DNA from: an uncultured Muribaculaceae bacterium
Lineage (GTDB): Bacteria; Bacillota_I; Bacilli_A; RF39; UBA660
Assembly (NCBI GenBank): GCA_964371025.1
Contig: CAYJKH010000002.1
Location: 58,929-122,928, forward strand
Direction: 5' to 3'
DNA length: 64,000 nt
In this document: positions 30,580-42,016 of the stretch, piece by piece
Numbering within the stretch: the first letter of the stretch is position 1
How the letters are laid out: each line of letters begins with the position of its first letter
Translations under genes and position numbers: made by a program
Notes under the pieces: model-generated
The model's input: only the letters and a program-made list of their open reading frames with translations
Told to the model about the DNA's origin: nothing
The model's database searches: none

Positions 30580-31144
30580 TATTTATACCTCCAATATATT
30601 TATCTATTATTTTCAAATAATCAATTCTAGGGTTAAAACTATCTTTTATAAGTTCTCCATTATTTTTGAAGTATTCTAATGGAATAGATGTTTTATTATT
30701 ATTTTCTAAGAACTTTAAAAGGTCATTAATAAATAATAAATATGTTTCATTAATAGTTGTAAATCTTACTATTAAAAAAGCGATTCCCTTATGATTGAAT
30801 ATATTTTTCATATGTTTAATTTGATGAGCATGAATATTTGATAGGGGAAAACTAGTTTTATTTTTAGTTTCTTTAGCCTCAAAATCTATATAATGACCTT
30901 TATAAAGCCCATTATAATCGGTAGTGGATGGTGTTTCAAAAAAACCAGTTATTCTACCTTTTTGTAATCTATCTACTTCAATAATCTTAATTGGAGTAGG
31001 TTTCTTATAGATATGAGCAATATCGCATTCTAAATAATATAAATTAGAACAATTAATATCTTTTTCTAAAGACATTCCTCTATTACCATAATTAATAATT
31101 TTATTTGAATTTTTATTTTTTTTAATTCCATTTGGATAATTCAT
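30572..31144 (-). CDS. recU: Holliday junction resolvase RecU
   Basis: About 190 aa, immediately upstream of and overlapping ponA as in Bacillus recU-ponA. Conserved acidic core ...YLECDIAHIY...EVD. Confidence 0.8.
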   Translation of the reverse strand: MNYPNGIKKNKNSNKIINYGNRGMSLEKDINCSNLYYLECDIAHIYKKPTPIKIIEVDRLQKGRITGFFETPSTTDYNGLYKGHYIDFEAKETKNKTSFPLSNIHAHQIKHMKNIFNHKGIAFLIVRFTTINETYLLFINDLLKFLENNNKTSIPLEYFKNNGELIKDSFNPRIDYLKIIDKYIGGINND

Positions 31145-31274
31145 TCGATCACCTACCGATATTATACTATAAAAGGATATAATTTACTATTTATTATTAT
31201 TTCTATTAGATTTTACTTTACATAAATAAGAAGAAACTGTAAATACTTTACACCTTTTAAAAAATGATAAATAA

Positions 31275-31303
31275 TTGACAAATTACTAATAAAATGTGAT
31301 AAT
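31275..31303 (+). promoter_or_regulatory. sigma-A type promoter for gpsB
   Basis: TTGACA, 17-nt spacer, TGtGATAAT extended -10. Confidence 0.5.
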
Positions 31304-31329
31304 ATTGATTGTAAGAGGTTGGTGATTTA

Positions 31330-31659
31330 ATGTATCAAAATAAAATAAATTTAATGCCACAAGATATTTTAGAAAAAGAATTTAAAATTGATACTCGTGG
31401 ATACAGATTAAAAGAAGTTGATCTATTTTTGGATACTGTTATTTCTGATTATGAACAGTTTTTGAATATGATAAATAATCTTGAAAAAGAAAAGGCTGAT
31501 TTACTTGGTGAGATTATGAAATTAAAACAAGAATTAAGAAATAATAGAATTAATGTAGAAGCAGCAAGAAGTAATGAAATGAATGAGGTTTCTAACGTTG
31601 ATATTTTAAGAAGAATATCACAATTAGAAAAATTAGTATACGGTGATAGAAATAATTAA
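31330..31659 (+). CDS. gpsB: cell-cycle protein GpsB (DivIVA domain)
   Basis: N-terminus MPQDILEKEFKIDTRGYRLKEVDLFLD. Adjacent rnpB as in Bacillus. Confidence 0.8.
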   Translation: MYQNKINLMPQDILEKEFKIDTRGYRLKEVDLFLDTVISDYEQFLNMINNLEKEKADLLGEIMKLKQELRNNRINVEAARSNEMNEVSNVDILRRISQLEKLVYGDRNN

Positions 31660-31663
31660 TATA

Positions 31664-32008
31664 TAGATAAACGCTGGTATTTTAAAATGCTTGAGGAAAG
31701 TCCATGCTCTCACAAACTGAGATGTTTGTAGTGTTCATGTATAGGGAAAAAATAACCTATAGTAGAGAAATCTAACGGAGGTAGTTAAGTCTAAGTCTTT
31801 GATATGATTTAATCCATAAAAGTGCCGCAGTGACGATAACTTTGGAAACGAAGGTGTGAAACGAGGTAAACCCCATGAGAGAGAAACCCAAATTTGGTAG
31901 GGGAATTCTAACGAAGGAATTAAACGGAGTTAGGAACTGTTTGTATATATACAAATGGTAGATAAATGTTTATCGCCTAGAAATAGGAACAGAACATGGC
32001 TTATTTAT
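31664..32008 (+). ncRNA. rnpB: RNase P RNA, bacterial type B
   Basis: GAGGAAAGTCCATGCTC, AGTGCCGCAGTGACG, GGTAAACCCCATGAGAGAGAAACCCAAATTTGGTAGGGGAA and ACAGAACATGGCTTA conserved blocks. Ends approximate. Confidence 0.85.
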
Positions 32009-32043
32009 ATTTTTTATTTAATTACTAAAAGGAAGGTGCCAAA

Positions 32044-32529
32044 TTGAAAAATTTAGGAGAATATTTAAAACGGACTAGATTAGAAAAAGGTGTTACTTTA
32101 GAAGAGGCATCAGATGATTTAGGAATGCCGATGGAGCAAGTTTTAAATATAGAAACAGGAAATACTAAAGCATTTAAAGATATTTATAAACTAAAAGAAT
32201 ATGTAATATCATATGCTAAATATTTAGGACTTGATTTAAATGAAGTAACTGATGAATTTAATAATTTTATATTTGATCACACTTCTAAAATATCAATAGG
32301 TGATGTGCTAACAGCGAGAAGAAAAGAAGATATCAAAGAAGGTAAAAAGGCAAAATCACCATATACAAAAGAATATGTGAAAAAAATAAATATTTTTCCA
32401 TATATTATAGGAATAATAGTATTTGTACTTTTAACGACAGGAGTATTTTTTTTAATAAAAGGAATCTCTAAGTCGCCAGAAAGAACAAGTGAATTATTAG
32501 GGGAGGGTATTTATGAATTTACCTACTAA
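32044..32529 (+). CDS. RodZ-like membrane protein with N-terminal XRE-type HTH
   Basis: TTG start after AAGGAAGG RBS. HTH LGEYLKRTRLEKGVTLEEASDDLGM. Single TM. Precedes pgsA as Bacillus ymfM/rodZ does. Confidence 0.55.
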   Translation: MKNLGEYLKRTRLEKGVTLEEASDDLGMPMEQVLNIETGNTKAFKDIYKLKEYVISYAKYLGLDLNEVTDEFNNFIFDHTSKISIGDVLTARRKEDIKEGKKAKSPYTKEYVKKINIFPYIIGIIVFVLLTTGVFFLIKGISKSPERTSELLGEGIYEFTY

Positions 32530-33109
32530 ATTAACAATTTTAAGATTAATACTTAGTGTATTTATTATTATATTATTAACATTTCCTTTTTATTTATTAG
32601 GAATTCAGTTTAAAACATATGAAGTAATGGGTGTTATGGTATATAGTCACTATATAGTAGCAGCTTTTATATTTGTGGTAGCGTCTATTACAGATTTTTT
32701 AGATGGTTATATTGCTAGAAAGTATAATTTAGTGACAAATACGGGTAAAATGTTAGATGCAATAGCAGATAAAGTTTTGGTTAACTCGGTATTAATTATA
32801 TTAACTGCTCAAGGACATATTCATGAAAGTATTGTTATTATAATTGTTCTAAGGGATATAATAGTTAATGCTATTAAAATGGAAGTAGCATCACGAGGAA
32901 AAGTAATAGCAGCAATATCATCTGGAAAAATAAAAACGGCAGCTTTAATGATTGGTATTACATTAGTGTTAATAAGTAATTTACCATTTGAAGCATATAA
33001 CATTGCTTTAGGAGATTTTTTATTATACTTTGCAGCGATAATGTCATTAATATCAATGTTCCAATATTACTTTGCGAATAAAGAAGCGTTAAGTAGTAAA
33101 AATACATAA
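32513..33109 (+). CDS. pgsA: CDP-diacylglycerol--glycerol-3-phosphate 3-phosphatidyltransferase
   Basis: CDP-alcohol phosphatidyltransferase motif DFLDGYIARK...G...D.IADK. Confidence 0.9.
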   Translation: MNLPTKLTILRLILSVFIIILLTFPFYLLGIQFKTYEVMGVMVYSHYIVAAFIFVVASITDFLDGYIARKYNLVTNTGKMLDAIADKVLVNSVLIILTAQGHIHESIVIIIVLRDIIVNAIKMEVASRGKVIAAISSGKIKTAALMIGITLVLISNLPFEAYNIALGDFLLYFAAIMSLISMFQYYFANKEALSSKNT

Positions 33110-33198
33110 TTTATAATGAATATTTAAATAAAAAAACTTTTCTAACTAAGAGTTTTTTTATTTTTCTATAATAAAAGTAAAGAAAAAAAAGATTTCAC

Positions 33199-33212
33199 TG
33201 AACATTTGTTCG
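33199..33212 (+). promoter_or_regulatory. LexA (SOS/Cheo) box upstream of recA
   Basis: tGAACATTTGTTCg matches the Gram-positive GAAC-N4-GTTC consensus, about 70 nt upstream of the recA start. Confidence 0.6.
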
Positions 33213-33278
33213 AAAAACGGTTGCAATTTATAATAAAGTATTATAAAATGAAATTGTATTAATATTTAGGAGGAAAAC

Positions 33279-34292
33279 ATGGCGAAAAAAGAAACAGTAA
33301 AAATAGATCAAAAAGATGCACAATTAGCACAAGTATTAAATGACATTGAGAAACAATTTGGTAAAGGTGCAATAATGAAACTAGGAGAAAATAAACATGT
33401 AAAAGTAGATGTTTGTTCTAGTGGATGTTTATCTTTAGATATAGCGCTTGGAATAGGTGGATATCCAAGGGGAAGAATTATTGAAATTTATGGACCGGAA
33501 TCAAGTGGTAAAACAACTTTTGCTCTACAAGCGATAGCTGAAATTCAAAAAACAGGGGGTAGAGCAGCTTTTATAGATGCAGAGCATGCCTTAGATCCAG
33601 TTTATGCTGAAAAATTAGGAGTAAATATAGAAGATTTATTATTAGCGCAACCAGATACAGGAGAACAAGCTCTTGAAATATGTGAGGCTTTAGTTAGAAG
33701 TGAAGCTGTAAATGTAGTTGTTATTGATTCAGTTGCTGCATTAGTTCCACAAGCTGAAATAGATGGTGAAATGGGTGATACACATGTTGGTTTACAAGCT
33801 CGTTTAATGTCACAAGCTTTAAGAAAATTATCAGGAACAATTAATAAAACCCAAACAACAGCAATATTTATTAATCAGTTAAGAGAAAAAGTTGGAGTAA
33901 TGTTTGGAAGTCCAGAAACAACACCTGGAGGAAGAGCTTTAAAATTTTATTCATCTATTAGATTAGATATAAGAAGAAATGAACAATTAAAAATGGGTGA
34001 TGGAGTAGTTGGGAACAAAACGACGGTTAAAGTTGTGAAAAACAAATTAGCTCCCCCATTTAAAACAGCAGTTGTTGACATTATGTATGGAGAAGGAGTT
34101 TCACGAGAAGGCGAATTAATTGACTTAGGAGTTGAAGCTGGAGTAATTTCTAAAACTGGAGCTTGGTATTCTTATAAAGGAGAAAAGCTAGGACAGGGAA
34201 AAGAAAATGTAAAATTACTATTAAAAGAAAATAAAGAAATAAAAGAAGAAATCGAAAAACTAGTAAGAGATTTTTATAGTATCACTTTATAA
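33279..34292 (+). CDS. recA: recombinase RecA
   Basis: Walker [10 protein letters not shown]. Conserved L1/L2 regions. Confidence 0.98.
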   Translation: MAKKETVKIDQKDAQLAQVLNDIEKQFGKGAIMKLGENKHVKVDVCSSGCLSLDIALGIGGYPRGRIIEIYGPESSGKTTFALQAIAEIQKTGGRAAFIDAEHALDPVYAEKLGVNIEDLLLAQPDTGEQALEICEALVRSEAVNVVVIDSVAALVPQAEIDGEMGDTHVGLQARLMSQALRKLSGTINKTQTTAIFINQLREKVGVMFGSPETTPGGRALKFYSSIRLDIRRNEQLKMGDGVVGNKTTVKVVKNKLAPPFKTAVVDIMYGEGVSREGELIDLGVEAGVISKTGAWYSYKGEKLGQGKENVKLLLKENKEIKEEIEKLVRDFYSITL

Positions 34293-34380
34293 AAAGTGTA
34301 AAGTTATTCAATAAATTTATGAATAAATGTCATTTATGTTATAATACTTATAATATTTAAAGAAAGAGAGAAATATATAT

Positions 34381-35787
34381 ATGAAACTATTAAAAGACTT
34401 GGTTGATTGCAATTTGGAAATTGAAATAAGAGGAGTTACAAGCAGATCTGAAAAAGTAGAAGAAGGATTTTTATTTGTAGCAACGGAGGGATTCAATCAT
34501 AATAGAATTGAATTTTTAGAAGATGCAATTAATAGAGGAGCGGTAGCGGTTGTTACAAGTACAAAAGTAGAATCAAATATACCTCTTATTTTAGTGGATA
34601 ATGTAAATGAAAAATTATATGAAATTTGTGAAAAATTTTATGATAAAGTAAATATGGATGAGTTAAATATTACAGGAGTAACAGGAACTGATGGTAAAAC
34701 ATCAACTACTACATTTTTGTATCAATTATTAAATTTTGAAGAAAAAACAGCGTATATTGGTTCAAATGGATTAATAATGGGAGAAGAAGTAATTAGTACT
34801 GGGATAAATACTCCAGAAGTAGATTCATTATATAAAATATTTGATTTAATCGTTAGTAAAGGATATAAAAATATTGTATTAGAAACTTCTAGTGAAGGGT
34901 TAATGCATAAAAGAGTTTCATTTGTGAAATATAGTCAAGTAGGTTTTACTAATATTAGCGAAGATCATTTAAATGTTCATAAAACTAGAGAAAATTATAT
35001 AGCGGCAAAACTATCATTGATTGACTTAGTTAAACCAACTGGAGCAATTGGAGTCAATGTAGATGATATAGAAATCTCAAAAATAAGTGATAGTCGTAAA
35101 AAGACTTATGGTTATAATAATAAAGCAGACTATCAAATTAGTAATATAAATGAAAATAAGGAAAATACTAAGTTTACTATAACAGTTGATAATAATGAAT
35201 ATAATATAGAAAGTCCTTTTGTTGGAATGTTTAATGTTTACAATTTAACTCTTGCCTTCTTATTATTAAGAGAAAGAGGCTTTGATGCAAAAAAAGCAGT
35301 TGAGAATATTAAATTACTTAAACCAGCACCAGGAAGAAGAGAATTATTTAAATTTAGTAAGGATTATGATATTATTATTGACTATGCTCATACTGTAAAT
35401 GGAGTTAGTGAAATGCTAAAGAGTGTTTCTTCAAAAGGATATAATAACATTATAACAGTATCTGGAGTTGCTGGAGGAAGACAAAAGGAAAAAAGACCAC
35501 ATATGGGGAAACTTTTTTTAGATAATTCTTCGTTAGTAGTATTTACAATGGAAGATCCAAGATTTGAAAGTGTTGATGATATTATTGACGACATGATTGG
35601 AGATTCTATTAAGACAAATTATGTAAGAATAAATGACCGAAAAGAAGCTATTGAATATGCTTTAGGAAAAGCTTCAAAAAATGATGTTGTTTTAGTCCTA
35701 GGAAAAGGAAGAGAAAAATATCAACTGGTTAAAGACCAAAAGCTTTTACATTCAGATTATGAAACAATCAAAAATTATTTTAAATAA
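34381..35787 (+). CDS. murE: UDP-N-acetylmuramoyl-L-alanyl-D-glutamate--diamino acid ligase (MurE)
   Basis: Mur ligase P-loop GVTGTDGKTSTT, DYAHT motif, MurE-type N-terminal domain. Confidence 0.85.
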   Translation: MKLLKDLVDCNLEIEIRGVTSRSEKVEEGFLFVATEGFNHNRIEFLEDAINRGAVAVVTSTKVESNIPLILVDNVNEKLYEICEKFYDKVNMDELNITGVTGTDGKTSTTTFLYQLLNFEEKTAYIGSNGLIMGEEVISTGINTPEVDSLYKIFDLIVSKGYKNIVLETSSEGLMHKRVSFVKYSQVGFTNISEDHLNVHKTRENYIAAKLSLIDLVKPTGAIGVNVDDIEISKISDSRKKTYGYNNKADYQISNINENKENTKFTITVDNNEYNIESPFVGMFNVYNLTLAFLLLRERGFDAKKAVENIKLLKPAPGRRELFKFSKDYDIIIDYAHTVNGVSEMLKSVSSKGYNNIITVSGVAGGRQKEKRPHMGKLFLDNSSLVVFTMEDPRFESVDDIIDDMIGDSIKTNYVRINDRKEAIEYALGKASKNDVVLVLGKGREKYQLVKDQKLLHSDYETIKNYFK

Positions 35788-35942
35788 AAACCATTATAAG
35801 AAGTTATATGCTAAAAGTATACACAAAAAGAATGTGTTTACTTTTTTTGTTTGATAAAATATAAGGTGATTAAACTTGACATAAGTAAAAATAAAACATA
35901 AAATAAGGGTAGGTTAGTAAATAATCTAGAGGAGGAAATATT

Positions 35943-37496
35943 ATGAATAATATAATATTTTCCGGTTTACTTTTATTGATTGGAACATTAGTGGGTTTTG
36001 TTATAACATTTGTAATAAATAGCTTAAAAACTACAAATGCTACTAAAAAAGTGGAAAAACTAATGAGTCAAACTAAAATTGAAATAGATAAAATGAAAAG
36101 AGATGCAACTTTTGAACAAAAAGAAAATGCACATAAATTAAAAATAGAGTTGGATAATGAGATTCGTGAAAAGAAAAACGAATATAAAGAGAGTGAAAAT
36201 AGACTTTTACAACGTGAATCAAGCTTAGATAAAAGAGATGAGTTATGTCAAAAGCGTGAAAGTAATTTAGATGATCGTGAATTAAAATTATCTAATCGTT
36301 TATCAGAAATTCAAGATGAAAAAAGTAAAGTGGAAGAAATAAAAGCGGAACAAATAAAAGTATTAGAAAAAATTTCAAATTATAGTAAAGAAAAAGCACG
36401 TGATGAAATAATGTTACATGTTAAAGATAGTATGAATTTGGAAATAGCGGAGTATATCAAAGATAGAGAAGATACAGCTAAATTAGAGGCGGATAAATCA
36501 GCTCGAGAAGTAATTATTACAGCTATGCAAAAATATGCAGCTGATATTGCTAGTGATCAGACTGTTACAGTAGTTGAATTACCTACAGATGAAATGAAAG
36601 GTAGAATTATTGGTAGAGAGGGTAGAAATATCCGTACTATTGAGGCTATAACAGGGGTTGATTTAATAATTGATGATACTCCAGAAGCAGTAGTTTTATC
36701 ATCTTTTGATCCTATGCGAAGAGAAATTGCTAGAATTACTTTAGAAACACTTGTTAAAGATGGAAGAATTCATCCAACAAGAATTGAAGAAATATATGAT
36801 AAAGTATGTAAAGATATTAAACAAAAAACAAAAGAGTTAGGTCAAGAAGCAATATTTGAACTTGGTTTAACTAAAATAGATTCTGATTTAGTAGAGGTAA
36901 TTGGAAAACTTAACTATAGAACTAGTTATGGTCAAAATGCTCTACAACATTCTATGGAAGTAGCTCATTTATCCGGATTACTTGCAGCAGAACTTGGTGA
37001 AAATATTAATTTAGCAAAAAGAGCTGGATTGTTACATGATATTGGTAAAGCAATTGATCATGAAGTTGAAGGTAGTCATGTAGAAATTGGGATTGATATT
37101 GCTAAAAAATATAAAGAAAATGAAGTAGTAATCAATTCGATTGCATCTCATCATGGAGACACAAGTGCAACAAGTATTATTTCAACTATAGTTGCAATAG
37201 CGGATGCTTTATCTGCATCAAGACCAGGAGCTCGAAATGACTCTTTGGAAAATTATATTAAAAGATTAACTAATTTAGAAGAAATTGGTAATAATATAAA
37301 AGGTGTTGAAAAAACATTTGCAATGCAAGCAGGTAGAGAATTAAGAGTGATTGTTAAACCAGATGCAATAGATGATTTAGAAATGCATAAAGTAGCTAGA
37401 GATATTAAAGAACAAATTGAAGCAGATATGAAATATCCTGGTAATATTAAGATTATGGTTATTAGAGAAACTAGAGCTATGGAAGAAGCAAAATAA
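35943..37496 (+). CDS. rny: ribonuclease Y
   Basis: N-terminal TM, coiled coil, KH domain [14 protein letters not shown] domain HDIGK. Confidence 0.95.
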   Translation: MNNIIFSGLLLLIGTLVGFVITFVINSLKTTNATKKVEKLMSQTKIEIDKMKRDATFEQKENAHKLKIELDNEIREKKNEYKESENRLLQRESSLDKRDELCQKRESNLDDRELKLSNRLSEIQDEKSKVEEIKAEQIKVLEKISNYSKEKARDEIMLHVKDSMNLEIAEYIKDREDTAKLEADKSAREVIITAMQKYAADIASDQTVTVVELPTDEMKGRIIGREGRNIRTIEAITGVDLIIDDTPEAVVLSSFDPMRREIARITLETLVKDGRIHPTRIEEIYDKVCKDIKQKTKELGQEAIFELGLTKIDSDLVEVIGKLNYRTSYGQNALQHSMEVAHLSGLLAAELGENINLAKRAGLLHDIGKAIDHEVEGSHVEIGIDIAKKYKENEVVINSIASHHGDTSATSIISTIVAIADALSASRPGARNDSLENYIKRLTNLEEIGNNIKGVEKTFAMQAGRELRVIVKPDAIDDLEMHKVARDIKEQIEADMKYPGNIKIMVIRETRAMEEAK

Positions 37497-37528
37497 AAAA
37501 AACTCATTTAATGAGTTTTTTTATTTTT
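37497..37528. terminator. bidirectional terminator between rny and rnj
   Basis: AACTCAT-tta-ATGAGTT hairpin flanked by A8 and T7. Confidence 0.7.
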
Positions 37529-39188
37529 GTATATCAGTTATTACCGGTAAAATAATAGGTTTTCTACCTGTTAAATTATTTATATAAGGGTAAAGTCCTG
37601 AAATAAGTTCAGTTTTAATTGTTGAAAAATTAACATCTTTTTCTAATGCTGCTTTTATAATAGATGTTGCTTTATATTCAATTTTTCTTATTAATTCTTC
37701 GTTTTCATTTACTAAGATAAATCCTCTTGTTGTAATATTAGGTTTAATTAATAGTTTTTTATTTTTCATATCAACATTTGTAATTATAACTAATATTCCA
37801 TCATTTGCCATAATTTGTCTATCTCTAATAACTGCACTTCCTATTTCTCCGATTCTGATACCATCAACATAAGTATCATCACCCTTCATACTAGGACCTC
37901 TAGTTATTTCGTGATTTTTCATTATTAGAGTATCACCATTTTTTAAGACAAAAGTATTATCTTTTGGAATCCCACAACTAATACCAATATCAGCTTGTTT
38001 CTTTAACATTCTATAGTCACCATGAAAAGGCATTAAATATTTAGGATTAAATAATCTAAGCATAAGCTTAATTTCTTCTTCATTAGCATGACCTGATGTA
38101 TGTAAGTCTACTATATTATGATTAGTATAAACTTTAACTCCACGTAAATATAATTTGTTAATAGTTTTTGAAATGCTTAAAGCATTTCCAGGAATAGCAC
38201 TTGAGGAAAATATTACTACATCATCAGGTCTTAATTTAATTTGACGGTGGGTTCCATTAGCAATTCTTGATAAAGCTGCTAGAGGTTCACCTTGAGAACC
38301 TGTACATAGTATAGTAACTTCATTTGGTTTTAAATTGTTAGCTTCTTCAGGAGTTACAAGTAAATCTTTATGATCAATATAACCTCCTTGAGTAGATACA
38401 TTTATTCCATTTTCCATACTTCTTCCAAATATACATATTTTACGATTATGTTTATAACATGTTTCAAAAATATGTTTTATTCTATATACATTAGAAGCAA
38501 AAGTTGCGATTAATACACGGCTGTTTTTACACTTTGAAAATAGTTCATCTAAAGTTTCATCAACTACAGATTCACTAGTAGAAAAACCTTCGTTTAAAGC
38601 ATTAGTGGAATCTCCAATTAATAAATCTACTCCTTTATTTCCAATAGTAGCCATTTTATATAAATCTGACATATATCCAATTGGAGTTAAATCAAATTTA
38701 TAATCTCCAGTTGATACAATTGTACCATCTGGGGTAGTTACACTTATTCCATAAGAATCTGGAATAGAGTGAGTTGTTCTAAAAAATTCAAGTTCGATTT
38801 TATTAAATTTAAGTTTAGTATCTCCATCAAAAGTAATAATATTATCATATCTAATATTACGATCCGCTAATTTTATATTAATTAATTCTTTAGCATAATT
38901 AGGTGTATATATAGCAGGAATATTTACTGTTTGTAATAAAAAAGGTATTCCCCCTATATGATCCTCATGACCATGTGTAATAACTAAAGCTTTTATTTTA
39001 TCTTCATTTTCTTTTAAAAAAGTAAAATCTGGTAAAACATAATCTATTCCTAAAAGTTCACTTTCAGGAAAACTAATTCCGGCATCAATAATAATAATAG
39101 AGTCATTATGCATTACACAATGCATATTCTTTCCAACTTCACCTAAACCTCCTAAAACAACTATTTGTGTTTCATTTTTGGTGTTCAT
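37521..39188 (-). CDS. rnj: ribonuclease J
   Basis: MBL motif HGHEDHIGG, beta-CASP, 555 aa. Confidence 0.95.
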   Translation of the reverse strand: MNTKNETQIVVLGGLGEVGKNMHCVMHNDSIIIIDAGISFPESELLGIDYVLPDFTFLKENEDKIKALVITHGHEDHIGGIPFLLQTVNIPAIYTPNYAKELINIKLADRNIRYDNIITFDGDTKLKFNKIELEFFRTTHSIPDSYGISVTTPDGTIVSTGDYKFDLTPIGYMSDLYKMATIGNKGVDLLIGDSTNALNEGFSTSESVVDETLDELFSKCKNSRVLIATFASNVYRIKHIFETCYKHNRKICIFGRSMENGINVSTQGGYIDHKDLLVTPEEANNLKPNEVTILCTGSQGEPLAALSRIANGTHRQIKLRPDDVVIFSSSAIPGNALSISKTINKLYLRGVKVYTNHNIVDLHTSGHANEEEIKLMLRLFNPKYLMPFHGDYRMLKKQADIGISCGIPKDNTFVLKNGDTLIMKNHEITRGPSMKGDDTYVDGIRIGEIGSAVIRDRQIMANDGILVIITNVDMKNKKLLIKPNITTRGFILVNENEELIRKIEYKATSIIKAALEKDVNFSTIKTELISGLYPYINNLTGRKPIILPVITDIQK

Positions 39189-39340
39189 ATTTATTTTCTC
39201 CTTTCTTTAAAGAAATAACTATCACATTATACTACGAAATTAAGATTTTGTCTACTTATCAATAATTATATTATTAATAAATATGTAAATAATATTATGA
39301 AAAAATAAATATATTTGATATACTTTATATAGGTGATAGA

Positions 39341-40309
39341 ATGTTTAAAAAAATAAAAAGTTTATTTAAAAATAAACAACAAGAAGAAAATATAAAAGTA
39401 TATGAAGAAGGATTAACTAAATCAAGAGAAAATTTTGTTTCTAAGTTAACTAATTTAACTAATAAATACAAAAAAATTAATGATGAGTATTTTGAAGAAT
39501 TAGAAGAAATTTTAATTATGGCTGATATTGGAGTTAATACAGTTATCAATTATATAGATAAATTGAAAAAAAGAGCAAGTGATGAGAAGATTGAAAATAC
39601 TTCAGATTTAAAAGAATTAATAGTAGATGAATTATTTATTATATATGTAAATGATGAAGTACTATCAGATAAAATTAATTTTACAAAAGATGAATGCTCA
39701 GTTTTATTATTTGTAGGAGTTAATGGAGTTGGAAAAACTACCACGATTGGTAAAATAGCTTATAACTTGAAAAAAGAAGGGAAGAAAGTATTATTAGTAG
39801 GAGCAGATACTTTTAGAGCAGGAGCTGTCGAACAACTAAGACTTTGGTCAAAAAGAATTGATGTTGACTTTTATTCCAAAGAACAAGGGAGTGATCCTAG
39901 TAGTGTTGTATATGATGGAGTAGTAAGAGGAATGGACGGATATGATGTAGTACTAATTGATACTGCAGGCCGTTTACAAAATAAAACTAATTTAATGAAT
40001 GAATTAGAAAAAATATCCAAAGTAATTAAAAATTTATTAGGTAGAGAAGTTAATGAAACTCTTTTAGTAGTAGATGCTACAACTGGTCAAAACGGAATAT
40101 CTCAAGCTAAAGCTTTTAAAGAAATAACAGATATAACAGGAATTGTTTTAACAAAGTTAGATGGTACTGCAAAAGGAGGAATAGTTTTAGCAATTAAAGA
40201 AGAGGTAGGATTACCAGTTAAATATATTGGACTAGGTGAGAAAAAGGAAGATATAGAAAAATTTGATATAGAAAAATATATTTATGGATTATTTAAAGAT
40301 TTTATATAG
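39341..40309 (+). CDS. ftsY: signal recognition particle receptor FtsY
   Basis: NG domain GVNGVGKTTT, DTAGR, TKLDG. Confidence 0.92.
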   Translation: MFKKIKSLFKNKQQEENIKVYEEGLTKSRENFVSKLTNLTNKYKKINDEYFEELEEILIMADIGVNTVINYIDKLKKRASDEKIENTSDLKELIVDELFIIYVNDEVLSDKINFTKDECSVLLFVGVNGVGKTTTIGKIAYNLKKEGKKVLLVGADTFRAGAVEQLRLWSKRIDVDFYSKEQGSDPSSVVYDGVVRGMDGYDVVLIDTAGRLQNKTNLMNELEKISKVIKNLLGREVNETLLVVDATTGQNGISQAKAFKEITDITGIVLTKLDGTAKGGIVLAIKEEVGLPVKYIGLGEKKEDIEKFDIEKYIYGLFKDFI

Positions 40310-40318
40310 GAGATAATT

Positions 40319-40627
40319 ATGGAAGAAATAGGATATTTAACTCAAATTTATGATTTGTATAAAGAGTTATTAACGCCAAAGCAAAAAGAATACTTTGAAG
40401 AATATTATTTTGATAATTTATCATTAGCAGAAATAAGTGAAAATTATAATGTTAGTAGAAATGCAATTTATAATCATATTAAAGCAACAACGGATAAACT
40501 AAATTATTATGAAAGTAAATTAAAGTTATTAGAAAAACTTAATAACTTAGAAGAAATATTAAAAGATATAGAAGATTTAAAAGTAAAAGAGAAAATTGAA
40601 AAAATATATATGATGGGAGCAGAATAA
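40319..40627 (+). CDS. ylxM: YlxM-like putative helix-turn-helix protein (UPF0122)
   Basis: 102 aa immediately after ftsY. LSLAEISENYNVSRNAIYNHI sigma-70 region-4-like HTH. Confidence 0.7.
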   Translation: MEEIGYLTQIYDLYKELLTPKQKEYFEEYYFDNLSLAEISENYNVSRNAIYNHIKATTDKLNYYESKLKLLEKLNNLEEILKDIEDLKVKEKIEKIYMMGAE

Positions 40628-40628
40628 T

Positions 40629-41933
40629 ATGAAATACCATTTTGTTGGAATAAAAGGTGCAGGGATGAGTTCACTTGCTCAAATAGTAAATGACTTAGGA
40701 GAACAAGTTCAAGGTAGTGATAAAGATATGTACTTCTTTACACAAGTTAAATTAGAAGAAAAAAATATTCCTTTTTATCCTTATGATAAAAACAATATTA
40801 GTAATGATATGGTTATTGTACAAGGGAACTCTATTGGTGATGATCATGAAGAAATAAAAAGAGCAAAAGAATTAAATTTAAAAATATTAACATACCAAGA
40901 TATGTTAAAAGAATTAACAAAAAAATATAAATCAATTACTATTACAGGGTGTCATGGAAAAACAACTACAACCTCTATGTTAGCTCATGTACTTGATAAT
41001 ATATGTGGTACAAATTACTTAATTGGAGATGCTACAGGCCATGCTAATAAAGAAAATGAATATTTTGTTTTAGAAGCGTGTGAATATAAAAGGCATTTTC
41101 TAAATTATATTCCAAGCTATACAATTATAACTAATATTGATTTAGATCATCCCGATTACTTTAAAGATATTGAAGATGTTATAGCTGCATATCAAGAACA
41201 TGTTATGTTAGCAGAAAAGATGGTTATTGCTTGTGGAGATGATCCTTATACAAGAAAATTAAAACCAAATGTTGATATTGTATTTTATGGAGTAAATGAA
41301 AATAATGATATTGTAGCTAAAAATATAAAAAAAACAAGCGAAGCTACTAATTTTTCAGTATATATAAAAGGAAATCATTATGGTGATTTTAGTCTACCTT
41401 TATTCGGAGACCATATGTTACTTAATGCTTTATCGGTAATTGCAGTATGCTATTATGAAAATATTAAAGTAGAAGAAGTAGAAAAGTATTTAAAAACCTT
41501 TAAAGGGGCTACTAGAAGATACTCTGAAACAAAAGTTTTAAATAATATAGTAGTAGATGATTATGCGCACCATCCAACAGAAGTAGAAGCTACTATTAAA
41601 ACTACTAAACAAAAGTATCCAAATAAAAAAATAGTAGGAATTTTTCAACCTCACACATTTTCAAGAACAAAAACTTTTGCTAAAGAATTTATTGATATAT
41701 TTAAAACCTTAGACTATGTATATATATTTAATATTCATCCAGCACGAGAAGTACAAGAAGATTTTAAGAATATTACTAGTGATATTATTATAAATAATTT
41801 AGATAATGCTGAATCTATTAGTATAGATGAATATAATAAACTTATGAAATGGGATAACACAGTATTATTATTTATGAGTCCAAATGATATATCAAAGATA
41901 GAAAAAGAATATATAAGTGCAAAGAATAATTAG
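40629..41933 (+). CDS. murC: UDP-N-acetylmuramate--L-alanine ligase
   Basis: N-terminus YHFVGIKGAGMSSLAQIV...VQGSD almost identical to Bacillus MurC. P-loop GCHGKTTTTSM. Confidence 0.9.
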   Translation: MKYHFVGIKGAGMSSLAQIVNDLGEQVQGSDKDMYFFTQVKLEEKNIPFYPYDKNNISNDMVIVQGNSIGDDHEEIKRAKELNLKILTYQDMLKELTKKYKSITITGCHGKTTTTSMLAHVLDNICGTNYLIGDATGHANKENEYFVLEACEYKRHFLNYIPSYTIITNIDLDHPDYFKDIEDVIAAYQEHVMLAEKMVIACGDDPYTRKLKPNVDIVFYGVNENNDIVAKNIKKTSEATNFSVYIKGNHYGDFSLPLFGDHMLLNALSVIAVCYYENIKVEEVEKYLKTFKGATRRYSETKVLNNIVVDDYAHHPTEVEATIKTTKQKYPNKKIVGIFQPHTFSRTKTFAKEFIDIFKTLDYVYIFNIHPAREVQEDFKNITSDIIINNLDNAESISIDEYNKLMKWDNTVLLFMSPNDISKIEKEYISAKNN

Positions 41934-42016
41934 TTTATTCTTTTTTTTTTATTACTTGTAAAAAAAAAGAAAAAAATATATAATATAATAAGAGTAGAAT
42001 AAAAGGAGTAAGGGTT

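Noticed and set aside
31772-31954. 60-aa minus-strand ORF from the six-frame track
   Set aside because: It lies entirely inside the rnpB RNA gene and is spurious.
40629-41933. Expected ffh (SRP54) after ftsY-ylxM
   Set aside because: The ORF has a clear MurC N-terminus and Mur ligase P-loop, not an SRP54 NG/M domain. ffh must be elsewhere.
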